Part shown: one piece after another, positions 20,546 through 29,828 of the stretch
Numbering within the stretch: position 1 is the first letter of the stretch
Layout of the letters: every line of letters begins with the position of its first letter
Origin: Opitutales bacterium
Lineage (GTDB): Bacteria > Verrucomicrobiota > Verrucomicrobiia > Opitutales > T3Sed10-336
DNA length: 64,000 nucleotides
Assembly: GCA_007130045.1 (NCBI GenBank)
Contig: SLTG01000001.1
Location: 44,864-108,863, forward strand
Direction: 5' to 3'
The notes under the pieces: generated by a model
What the model was told of the DNA's origin: nothing
Seen by the model: only the letters and a program-made list of their open reading frames with translations
The model's database searches: none
Translations under genes and position numbers: made by a program

Positions 20546-21091
20546 TCATACCCCCTCCCGCGATCCGGACGCATTCCTGTAGCGCTTGCTGATCAGGATC
20601 ACTCCGATCATGGCCACGAGTAGCAGAAAGCCCGCCACCTGGAAGGGCAGCATGTACGAGGTGAACAAATGATAACCGTACTGGTTCGGAACATCGCCCA
20701 CCGGCGCGGTCGTCGCCAGCGTGCGTTTCTCGGCGACTCCCGCAACCACCAAGTCTTCCGAGATAACAATGGACACAACCCCGACCAGGAGGAGCACGAA
20801 AGCCACCAAACTCGCCGCGGTAGTCAGACTTCCCGGGCTGACCCGCCGCTTCTCCCCCTCGTCAAGCAGCATGATCACGAAAAGAAACAGCACCACGACC
20901 GCGCCTGCGTACACAAGTACCTGAACGACAGCAAGAAAGTAAGCGGACAGCAGAACGAAGAGCGACGCGACCCCCACTAGCGACACAATTAGCGCCATCG
21001 CCGCGTTCACCGCGTTCCTGGTCAAAACGACACAGGCGGCGCTCCCCAACGTCACAATCGCGAAGATATAAAACAAAACGTCCACCATCAT
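20546..21091 (-). CDS. nuoJ: NADH-quinone oxidoreductase subunit J
   Basis: ORF 20546..21208; the ATG at 21091/21088 gives 'MMVDVLFYIFAIVTLGSAACVVLTRNAV'. NuoJ-like block 'VQVLVYAGAVVVLFLFVIMLL'. Confidence 0.85.
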   Translation of the reverse strand: MMVDVLFYIFAIVTLGSAACVVLTRNAVNAAMALIVSLVGVASLFVLLSAYFLAVVQVLVYAGAVVVLFLFVIMLLDEGEKRRVSPGSLTTAASLVAFVLLLVGVVSIVISEDLVVAGVAEKRTLATTAPVGDVPNQYGYHLFTSYMLPFQVAGFLLLVAMIGVILISKRYRNASGSREGV

Positions 21092-21264
21092 GGAAACAAA
21101 TAAAACAGGAGATACCTGCGGGGAATGGCAACGACAAATTTCAAAACCCATTCGCCTTGCGGCTTGGCGCCGGAGATTCGGTGATTCGGTGATCCGGCTC
21201 AACGGCAATGAAACGCGGGAAAAACCGTTCGCCGACCCGGCTCGCCGACCCGGCCCGCGTGCGG

Positions 21265-21393
21265 GGGGCGCGGGTGAAACAGAATCTTCTCCGGGTCAAC
21301 TTGAGCCCGCACGCCGTTTACCCCGGAAACCCGGGCACCGGGAAAACGACCGTGGCGCGTTCGATGGGACGCATTTTTATTCAAGAAGGTTTG
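21265..21393 (+). pseudogene. Remnant of a CbbX/SpoVK-type AAA+ ATPase gene (Walker A region only)
   Basis: ORF 21208..21489 contains 'LSPHAVYPGNPGTGKTTVARSMGRIFIQEGL' (Walker A at 21325..21348). It lacks both the upstream N-domain and everything after Walker A (no Walker B or arginine finger). Confidence 0.6.
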
Positions 21394-21526
21394 AAAAGAC
21401 TCGAGAAAATATCTGACCGTTCTTTCGTGCACCATCCACTGTTATGCCGCATAATGATTCCCTTTTATTTCGAATGTGTTAATCTGTAATCCGGTCATTC
21501 GATCCAACCATCCAATCTATTCGATT

Positions 21527-23437
21527 ATGAGTAATCAGCCCTTGACGATCAGAGATAATCTTGAAAGCGAGTATTCCGATATTTACACACCGCAAGCTCT
21601 GGAAGCATTGAACGTCCTCTCGCACCTCAATCCGGAGGTGAAGGAACTGATGGCCAAACGGATCAGGCGCAGAGAACAGCGACGCATAGACAAAACGCGA
21701 ATCGATTTTCTGAACCCGTCATCAACGATTCCCGGAACGGACATCATGGTAGAGGACGCGCGTCTGGGCCGTTTCGAAGGAGCACGAGTCCCGGACGATC
21801 TGCAGCGTCAGTGGATTCAGGGGACGGGACCCGCGGCGAAGCCGAACTCATTGGTGCGAAACAGCATTAGAAATGTCGCTTACGCACTGCTTTCCGGTGC
21901 GGACGGGTGGATGTTTGATGGTGAGGATGCCCTTGGGCAGACGAAGGCCATGTCTCTGGACAACCAGCGAAACTTGAAGTTGGCGATCGGCCGGGATCCA
22001 CTTTTCCTGAAAGTGGCTGAAGAGGTCGCTGAGGGGATCAACCGATGGTCGGAGGTGTTTTTTGAGAAAAGGATTGTTCCCAACTGGAAAGATCAGATCG
22101 ACGCGACGACCATTATCTTTCGAGCGAGAGGCCTTCACTTGGATGACCGGCATTTGCGCGATGCAAACGGGGTGGCAATGGCCGCTTCAATAACGGATAT
22201 GACGCTATATGTGGTCAACAATTACAGGGAGCTTTCCAAACAGGATGCCTCTATTGTATTGTATATTCCCAAAATCCAGACAGCGGAGGAGGCGGCGCTC
22301 TGGAATCGGATGTTATCGGTTCTGGAGAAACACCTTGGTCTTGAGATCGGTACGATCAAGGCCTATGTACTTGTCGAACAGCTCGAAGCTACGTATCAAA
22401 TAATGGAGATAAGGGCTGCGTTGGGAAAGCATTTTGTTGGTTTCAATACCGGCCGTTGGGACTACATCAACAGCGTGGCCGATGCAATGGCCTGGGACGA
22501 ATCCTTTATACAGCCAAAGATCGAAGAGATTACGATGACATATGGTTATATGCGAAACTATGAAGATCGTGTCCGGAGGGCTGTCAATACGCCGGATATC
22601 AATGGCAACTGTACCTTGTGGCAGGGTGGAATGGAGCCCAATATTCCCGTTGGTTCCGACGAAGGGGTGGAGGCCGGCATGAAGAAGGCCGTTGCCGGAG
22701 CCGAGCGGGAGCAACGTGCCGGAGCCAGCGGCAAATGGGTGGCACACTGGAAGATGGTTCATATTGTACGCCCCGTCTGGGAGAAGGTTGGAGAGGATAA
22801 TCAGATGGGACGTCGGTTTCCGGCCCTCGGTTATTCGAAGGAGGATGCCGATGGCCTTGTACTTCTGGAACCGGCGGAAACCTCTGTTCGTGGAGCCAGG
22901 AATCTGTTGAGTGTGGCGATTCAGTACGGAAATGCCTTTGGACAGGGCCTTCAGGCGGCGGCCCTCAAGCCTGCCGACTTCTTTGGAAACGAAGATGTCC
23001 TCTATTTGATGGAGGATATGGCTACAGGTGAAATCCGGTTGAGTATTCTATGGGAATGGGTGCACAAGGGAGCAAAACTCACCACCGATGATCCGGAATC
23101 CGGAACAAGGAAAGGAGGTCTGTTCAGCCGTGAGCTTTTTGAAAAGCTCTTGGCGGAGGAGTATGAAAAGCTTATCAATGCGGATGACCGGGATGTTTAC
23201 GATGAATCCAAGAGAACCACGCTGCCCATTGCCCGGGAGATTGTCTGCAGCTATGTCCTCAACCGGACCAAATTGCCCTGGTTTATCGATCTGTTGAATC
23301 TCAACCTGAATAACGAGGATCTGGATTTAGCCAGAGAGCGGATTAACAAATACATCGATGCCTTTAACAAAGACGGGACCCGAATTACTGAAAACCTTGA
23401 TTTCCCCGCTCCCTCAAGGCAACCGCCTGGTTCATGA
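21527..23437 (+). CDS. Malate synthase (A-type-like, extended)
   Basis: ORF 21476..23437, with an ATG at 21527. 'MFDGEDALGQ' (compare ADFEDS), 'RARGLHLDDRH' (compare RPRGWHL) and 'GFNTGRWDYINS' (compare GLNCGRWDYIFS). Two hand-counted 100-nt samples give 48% and 43% GC. Confidence 0.8.
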   Translation: MSNQPLTIRDNLESEYSDIYTPQALEALNVLSHLNPEVKELMAKRIRRREQRRIDKTRIDFLNPSSTIPGTDIMVEDARLGRFEGARVPDDLQRQWIQGTGPAAKPNSLVRNSIRNVAYALLSGADGWMFDGEDALGQTKAMSLDNQRNLKLAIGRDPLFLKVAEEVAEGINRWSEVFFEKRIVPNWKDQIDATTIIFRARGLHLDDRHLRDANGVAMAASITDMTLYVVNNYRELSKQDASIVLYIPKIQTAEEAALWNRMLSVLEKHLGLEIGTIKAYVLVEQLEATYQIMEIRAALGKHFVGFNTGRWDYINSVADAMAWDESFIQPKIEEITMTYGYMRNYEDRVRRAVNTPDINGNCTLWQGGMEPNIPVGSDEGVEAGMKKAVAGAEREQRAGASGKWVAHWKMVHIVRPVWEKVGEDNQMGRRFPALGYSKEDADGLVLLEPAETSVRGARNLLSVAIQYGNAFGQGLQAAALKPADFFGNEDVLYLMEDMATGEIRLSILWEWVHKGAKLTTDDPESGTRKGGLFSRELFEKLLAEEYEKLINADDRDVYDESKRTTLPIAREIVCSYVLNRTKLPWFIDLLNLNLNNEDLDLARERINKYIDAFNKDGTRITENLDFPAPSRQPPGS

Positions 23438-23874
23438 TCGTGCCGGCCAATCATTTAGACGGGTTCATTTATGAGTCCGGAGGATTCCGCCTTCATTGAT
23501 GAACTGAATTGGTCTATGGACCGTGATGCTTTCAGCGTCGAATTGCGAAATCTGTTGCCGCTTGATGGTCATCGCATTCCACGAAGACGAAGACGGAATC
23601 ACCGCCGAGGCACGGAGCCCTGACGATTAACCCGACTTCGCAGGCAAGCGGACCGGGATACTGCTATTGTCGTTTATCTTCGGTACCGGCGTCGGCTGGC
23701 TGATTCCATCTCGGTTGGCGTTGTTGTGGGTTGCGCCCGTTGTCGGGAAAGAATGCCTTCGTTTCGGCCTGCTGTGCGCCTCTTTTCTGACAGTCGCACT
23801 GGCAATCTACGGCTCAGCCGCGTGAAACGCGTTTGAATCGTCGCGCAGGTCAGGTCCGCCCGATACCTGCGGCA

Positions 23875-26835
23875 TCACGGCAGCGTGACCTGAACGCTCC
23901 CGAAAGCGCGGGCGGCGGACGGGTCGAGCGGGATTCGCACGACGACCCGCTTCCAGTCAGCGCTGATCGCGGTGACTTCCGTTTGCCCGTTCGCCGGGTG
24001 CCAGGTGGCGAGATCGGTCGAGTACCGGGGCGTGTAGATCAGGCCGGTGTCCCGTCGCCGCACGAACTCGATCACCAGCGCCGGTTCCGGACCGTCCTCG
24101 AACGCAACGGCCGGAAGACCGGCGTTCCCGCCCGCGCCGCGTACCAGTCTCCGGTGGTCGGCTTCCGACAAATCCATGTTGAAGGCGTATTTGAGAAGGT
24201 TGTACACGCCTTCGCCAAACGGGTCGGCGTCGGGCTCGGCAAGACCGCCGCTCAGCCCCGCCTCGTCCATCGCCGCGTCGAAACGCAGGCGTTCCTTCAG
24301 GTTAAAGACGGCCACGATGTCCGTATCCGAATCGAGCACCACGGCCACCAATGCCGCCGTCCTCTCGATGTCGCCCGCCCAGCGCGCAAAAACCGAGTCC
24401 TCTCCGGCAACGGCCTCGATTTGAAGTTCGGCGCCCGTTTCGAGTTGGCCGATAATAGGAAATTCCGAAATGGTCTGGCCGCCGATCACAATCGAACCAT
24501 GCCCGTCGCCAACAGTATCGATAAAATACATACGGTGACCGGGCGATCGGAAGAATTCGATCGGTGTGGGAACGAGACGATCCTCCGTATCCCCGTGGCC
24601 GAGCCGGCCGGAAAGGTTGGCGCCGAATGTGAACACGGTGCCGTCCTCTGAGAGCAATACCGTGTGGTTCGCGCCCGCAGCGATCTCAACGATCGTGTGC
24701 CCGGAAAGGTGTTCATGTTCGATCAAAACGGGAACGAGGCGATTTTCCCTATCTCCGTGCCCGAGTTGCCCCAGAATATTTCGTCCGAACGTAAATACGG
24801 TTCCGTCTTCCGACAGAAGCACGGAGTGTTCGCCTCCCGCCGAAATCCTTCTGATGTTATGATTCACCAGGTTCTCATGGTCGATCAAGGCCGGTAACAC
24901 ACGGACCTCCGTCCCGCCATGTCCGAGCCGACCGTATGCGCCGCTTCCGAATGCAAAAGCCTTCCCTCCCAACGAGCGCAATATTGTATGGATTCCTCCT
25001 GCTGAGATATCTGCAATGGCCTGTCCCGAAACGTCCCCTGCGGCGACCCGTACGGGCACCAGGCTGTTGGGCATATTCTCGCGCCCCAACTGCCCGAACT
25101 GGTTATCGCCAAAGCCAAATACTGTCCCGTTTCCGGAAAGGAGGAGCGAGTGCGCTCCTCCGGGAGACCGGCCGATCTGCCCACCCGTTCCGGCCGCGAC
25201 GCTCCGGATAGTGAATCCCGACAGGCTGGCGTGCTCGATCCTGGTCGGTGTGTCCCTGGAACTTTGATTTCCGTGCCCGAGCTGCCCACCCCGTCCGGAC
25301 CCAAACGTGAAAGCCGTACCATCCGAAGCGGTCAGAATGGTTTGGGACATCCCGGCGGCCGCTCCGGTAATTATGTAGCCGTCCAGCCCTTGATACTCGA
25401 TCGGCGTCGGAACGAAGCGATTCTGGTTATCCCCGTGCCCCAACTGTCCCGAGGACCCACTTCCAAATGTAAGAACCGTTCCGTCAGCGGAAAGCAGTAC
25501 GGTGTGCCGTAATCCGGCCGCGACGTCGATTATGGTGTGGCCGGACAGATTTTCGTGTTCGATGGGAATCGGCACCCAGCGGTCCACTTGGTCGCCGTGA
25601 CCGAGCTGGCCCCACAGCCCCCGGCCGAACGTGTACACCGTGCCGTCCGCCGAAAGGAGAACAGTATGCTGCCCACCGGCGGCGAGCTTCGGTTCAACCA
25701 TTCCGGGAACCACCGAGATCGTAAAAGCCTCTTCGTATGTAATGTAAACCGAGGCGGAGGATACGGCCGCCAGCCGGATGGAGTACTCGCCGGGTTCGAG
25801 AGGACCGGTGGTTCGCAGTTCATTACCGGAAACCGAGAAGTTCGTGTTGTTGTCGTCACCGGCACCCGAAGCCAGGGCAAAATGCAGCGTTTCGTCATCG
25901 GCGGCATCCACGTGGAGCGGGCTCACAGCCATCCCGTCGCCCGTACGCTCCGTCCCGATCGATTGGCGCCAGAGCACGATCCGCCGTGACCCGAACACTG
26001 CCCCGATTTCCAGGTCCTCGTCCAACGTCACAACCGCCAGGGGTTCGGTCCCACTCGCATCGAAGACCCAGCGGTCGAAAAACGATCCCTCTTCCGCCAT
26101 CGCCTCGAGGTGATATTCGGCGCCGGTTTCCGCCTGCATAAGAATCGGAAAACTGGATACAGGTTCGCCGTTTACCAGAACGGTTCCTCCTCCGTCGCCG
26201 AGGCGCTCAATGCGAAGCATGCGGTTTCCCGGCCTCCTGAAAGTCTCTATGGGCGTCGGCACGAAGCGGAACACGGTGTCCCCGTGGCCGAGCTGCCCGA
26301 GCGCGCCCCGGCCAAACGTAAACACCGTGCCGTCCTCGGACCAGAGAACCGAATGGTCGCCTCCGGCAGCGATGCCGACGATCATGTGCCCGGTCAGGTT
26401 CTCGTGCTCGATCGCCACCGGCACACTGCGGGATTGGGTGTCATCATCCCCCAGCCAACTGTCCCCGAACGAAAACACCGTTCCCTTCGACGAGAGGAGG
26501 AGCGTGCGATAGGTGACCGCCGCGACCCGAATGATGGTGTGGCCTGCAATATTCCCGTGCTCGATCGGCGTCGGCTCCATACGGTCGATCTGATCACCGT
26601 GTCCCAATGCTCCACCCCATCCCCCGCCAAACGTAAACACGGTCCCGTCGGCGGAAAGAAGCACCGTGTGCCGAGCCCCGGCAGCCACATCCACGATGGT
26701 GTGTTCGGAGAGAAGCGGATGCTCGATCGCCACCGGAATCGATCGGTCGTCGGTATCCCCGTGTCCCAGTTGGCCGAAACGACCCGCGCCAAATGTGAAC
26801 ACTTCACCGTCGGGCGAGAGATAGACCGTGGCGTT
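23875..26835 (-). CDS. Giant RCC1-repeat surface protein, C-terminal segment (continues ORF 26394..29945 after a 1-nt frame change; the ORF track starts it at GTG 26802)
   Basis: 11 RCC1 blades ('DGTVFTFG.G..GQLGHGD'), two B-repeat-like domains ('LVNGEPVSSFP..FDRW..AVF'), one cadherin-like domain ('HFALASGAGDDNNTNFSVSGNELRT') and a C-terminal 'GVYNLLKYAFNMD...STDLATW' domain. The frame stays open upstream of 26802 to 26835 and encodes 'NATVYLSPDGE'. Confidence 0.85.
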   Translation of the reverse strand, partial: NATVYLSPDGEVFTFGAGRFGQLGHGDTDDRSIPVAIEHPLLSEHTIVDVAAGARHTVLLSADGTVFTFGGGWGGALGHGDQIDRMEPTPIEHGNIAGHTIIRVAAVTYRTLLLSSKGTVFSFGDSWLGDDDTQSRSVPVAIEHENLTGHMIVGIAAGGDHSVLWSEDGTVFTFGRGALGQLGHGDTVFRFVPTPIETFRRPGNRMLRIERLGDGGGTVLVNGEPVSSFPILMQAETGAEYHLEAMAEEGSFFDRWVFDASGTEPLAVVTLDEDLEIGAVFGSRRIVLWRQSIGTERTGDGMAVSPLHVDAADDETLHFALASGAGDDNNTNFSVSGNELRTTGPLEPGEYSIRLAAVSSASVYITYEEAFTISVVPGMVEPKLAAGGQHTVLLSADGTVYTFGRGLWGQLGHGDQVDRWVPIPIEHENLSGHTIIDVAAGLRHTVLLSADGTVLTFGSGSSGQLGHGDNQNRFVPTPIEYQGLDGYIITGAAAGMSQTILTASDGTAFTFGSGRGGQLGHGNQSSRDTPTRIEHASLSGFTIRSVAAGTGGQIGRSPGGAHSLLLSGNGTVFGFGDNQFGQLGRENMPNSLVPVRVAAGDVSGQAIADISAGGIHTILRSLGGKAFAFGSGAYGRLGHGGTEVRVLPALIDHENLVNHNIRRISAGGEHSVLLSEDGTVFTFGRNILGQLGHGDRENRLVPVLIEHEHLSGHTIVEIAAGANHTVLLSEDGTVFTFGANLSGRLGHGDTEDRLVPTPIEFFRSPGHRMYFIDTVGDGHGSIVIGGQTISEFPIIGQLETGAELQIEAVAGEDSVFARWAGDIERTAALVAVVLDSDTDIVAVFNLKERLRFDAAMDEAGLSGGLAEPDADPFGEGVYNLLKYAFNMDLSEADHRRLVRGAGGNAGLPAVAFEDGPEPALVIEFVRRRDTGLIYTPRYSTDLATWHPANGQTEVTAISADWKRVVVRIPLDPSAARAFGSVQVTLP

Positions 26836-29828
26836 CCGCCAACGGCAATCTTTGACTCGACCGCAACGACGCGAATCGTGAACGCCCTTTCAATGATCAG
26901 GCCATTCCCGCCGGTGGCGCGCAGCCGGATCGAATACTCGCCTGTCTGAAGCTCGTCGCCGAGGAGGAGTTCGTTGCCATCGATCGTGAAACGCCCATTG
27001 TCTTCGTCTCCCTCGCCGGACACCAAAGCGAAGGTGAACGTTTCCCCCGGTGGCGCCACGGCGTGAAGACGACTGACCAATGCGCCGGGGACAGCCCGTT
27101 CGGCGGCAATCGACTGGTTCCAAATCACTATTTTCCGCAATTTGAAGATGGCCGTCACATCTTTGTGATCGTCGAGAACCAGGCTCTGTGAAAACTCCGT
27201 GCCGCTCAGGTCCCCCGCCCAGTGATCAAAAAAGGAGTCTTCTTCCGAAATCGCCTCCAGCGCGAGTTCTTCGTCGCCTTCGCCCAGGAAGTAGTAGGGA
27301 AATTCGAGAACCGGTTCGCCGTTTACAAGCAATTGCCCCGATCCGGTGCCCGCAGCGTCCAGGCGAAGCACCCTCTTGCCAAGGAGATTCAGAAGCTCGA
27401 TTCGTGCAGGCCGGAGCCTGTCTTCCTTGTCGCCCAGTCCCAGTTGGCCGCCGTCGCCCCGGCCGAAGGTGAAGACCGTGCCGCCCGATGAAACGAGCAC
27501 CGTATGAGAACCGCCCGTTGCCAGACCGGTGACTGCATGTCCGAACACATCTTCTTGCGCGATTGGAGTCGGCACCAGGCGGTTGTCGGTATCCCCGTGT
27601 CCCAAACGCCCGTTGGCCCCCCACCCAAACGTCAATACGGTGCCGTCCTGCGTAAGCACCGCGGTAAAGGCGCCGCCTGCTGCGATTGAATCGATCGTGT
27701 GCCCCAATAGGCTTGCGGTGGGAACCTGGGTTGGCACAAACCGTGTGGCGGTATCGCCGTGTCCGAGTTGACCGCTTCCTCCGGCGCCAAAGGTAAACAC
27801 GGCGCCCTGCGACGAAAGCAACACCGTGTGAGATCCCGCGGCGACGGCAGCGACGATGAGGTGCCCGGCCAGGTGCTCATGCTGGATGGGAGTGGGCTCA
27901 AGCCGGTTCTCTGTGTCTCCGTGCCCCAGCCTCCCGCTTACGCCGGAACCGAAGGTGAATACCGTGCCGTCCGCGGAGAGCAGGACCGTAAAACTCGCTC
28001 CGGCCGCCACATCGATAATCCTGTGGCCGATGAGCGAATCGTGCTCGACAGGTGCCGGAAGTGTCAGGTCCTGCGTGTTCCCGTGACCGAGTCGGCCGAA
28101 CCCGCCCGAACCGACGGTGTACACGGTGCCGTCCGATCCGAGAAGAACCGTGTGCGAATTGCCGCCCGCCACTTTCGGCGCGACGTTTTCGGAAACGACC
28201 GAAACCACGAATGCGGTCTCGACAGTCCGGCCACCCTGGCTCGTCGCGCGCAAGCGAACGGAGTACGTGCCTTTCGTAAGCGAATCGGTTGTTTGCAGTT
28301 CGTTGCCTTCGACAGCAAACAGCGCGTTGTCCGCGTCGCCTTCGCCGGAAACAAGCCCGAACGTGAACGGATCGTCTTCGGCGCCGGCAGCGTGGAGCAG
28401 TCCGACAACGGCGCCCTCTCCAGTCTGCTCCGCCCCGATCGTATCGTGCCAGAGTACGAACGCGCTTTCCCCGAAGACCGCCTTGACGGTTTTGTCCGCG
28501 TCGGCGATCAACGTACGGGTTCCGCCGGTCCCGCTCAATTCGCCTAGCCAGCGGTCGAAATACGCCCCCGGTTCCGGCACGGCTTCGACCGGCAACTGCG
28601 CATCGGTCTCAAATTGTGTCATAAACGGAAACTCCGAAACTTCCTCGCCTCCGACGAGAAGCGTCCCCTGTCCGCCCCCCGCCGTCTCGAACCGCACCAT
28701 TCTATGCCCGGCCAACCGGAAGAACCCGATCGGCGCAGGCACGAGCCGGTGCTCCGTGTCGAAATGGCCGAGCTGCCCGAGGATTCCCATCCCAAAGGTC
28801 AGCACCGAGCCCTCCGCGGTAAGAACGGCAGTATGGGCGCCGCCCGCAGCCACCTCGACAATCGTCTGTCCGGAAAGACTCTCGTGCCCGATCTGAACCG
28901 GAACGGTCCGGCCCTCCATGTCCCCTTGGCCGAGGCGCCCGAGGTTCCCCGCCCCGAACGTGAATACGGCATCCGCTCCGTACAGAACCGTGTGTGCCGA
29001 TCCCGTGGTAATCCGGGATATTGCGTGTCCGCCGAATACTTCGGAGTCGATCGGGGACGGATCGAGTCGGGCCGAGGTATCCCCATGTCCCAATTGCCCT
29101 TCATTGCCGCGACCGAAAGTCAGGACGGTTCCGTCCGCGGCGAGTAGAACGCTGAACCGGGTTCCGGCCGCAACCTCGACGATCGATTTACCGGAAAGGC
29201 TTTCGTGCTCGATTGGGACGGGTGTCGACCGGTCCACGGTGTCTCCGTGGCCGAGCGCGCCCTCGCGTCCCTGTCCGAACGACAACACAGCACCGTCCGA
29301 CAAATACAGCAGGGTGTGGGATCCTCCCGCGGCGATGCCGGCGATCGTATGTCCGGTCAGGTCTTCGTGCTCGATCGCAACCGGAACGTTGCGGTTCCCC
29401 GTGTCGCCGTGCCCGAGCCTTCCGTGCGATCCCAGACCGAAAGTGAAAACGGTGCCGTCCGACGAGAGCAGGACCGTGTGCGCCCCGCCTGCGGCAATAC
29501 CGGTAATCGTGTGACCTGAAAGGTTTCCGTGGACGATCTTCGTGGGAACGTGCCGGTTGGCGGTGTCGCCGTGTCCGAGTCGGCCGTCGACGCCCGAACC
29601 GAAGGTGAAAACCGTTCCGTCATTGGAAAGGAGCACGGTGTGGTGGTCGCCCGCGGCCACATCGACGATAGTGTGCCCCGAAAGGGCTTGATGTTCGATC
29701 GCAACCGGGATTGTCCGGGACTCGGTGTCCCCGTGTCCGAGCTGTCCCCGGGTCCCGCGTCCGAAGGTAAACACGGCGCCGTCCGAAGACAGCAGAACGG
29801 TATGGAAGATCCCGGCGGAGACCTTTGC
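24295..29828 (-). repeat. Intragenic repeat region: 23 RCC1 blades of about 50 codons in four super-modules
   Basis: Recurrent coding repeat '..HTVLLS.DGTVFTFG.G..G.LGHGD...R..P..IEH..L.GH.I..VAAG'. The blades are arranged 7+5+4+7. Super-module boundaries fall near 28182/28181, 26859/26858 and 25705/25704. Confidence 0.85.

Noticed and set aside
23471-23826. Small ORFs in the malate synthase / RCC1 intergenic region. One is a 50-codon ATG ORF (23471..23623, 'MSPEDSAFIDELNW...RRRRRNHRRGTEP'). The other is a hydrophobic frame '...GILLLSFIFGTGVGWLIPSRLALLWVAPVV...LTVALAIYGSAA*' ending at 23826.
   Set aside because: The first is short with a poly-Arg tail and no support. The second has no ATG/GTG start (only a possible internal TTG). 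Neither can be supported without conservation or expression data.
26394-26834. 146-codon C-terminal tail of the 1183-aa RCC1 ORF ('TPRSISRPTVKCSHLARVVSANWDTG...').
   Set aside because: It is an out-of-frame reading of RCC1 repeats after the 1-nt frameshift at about 26835. The real coding frame here is that of the 975-aa ORF.
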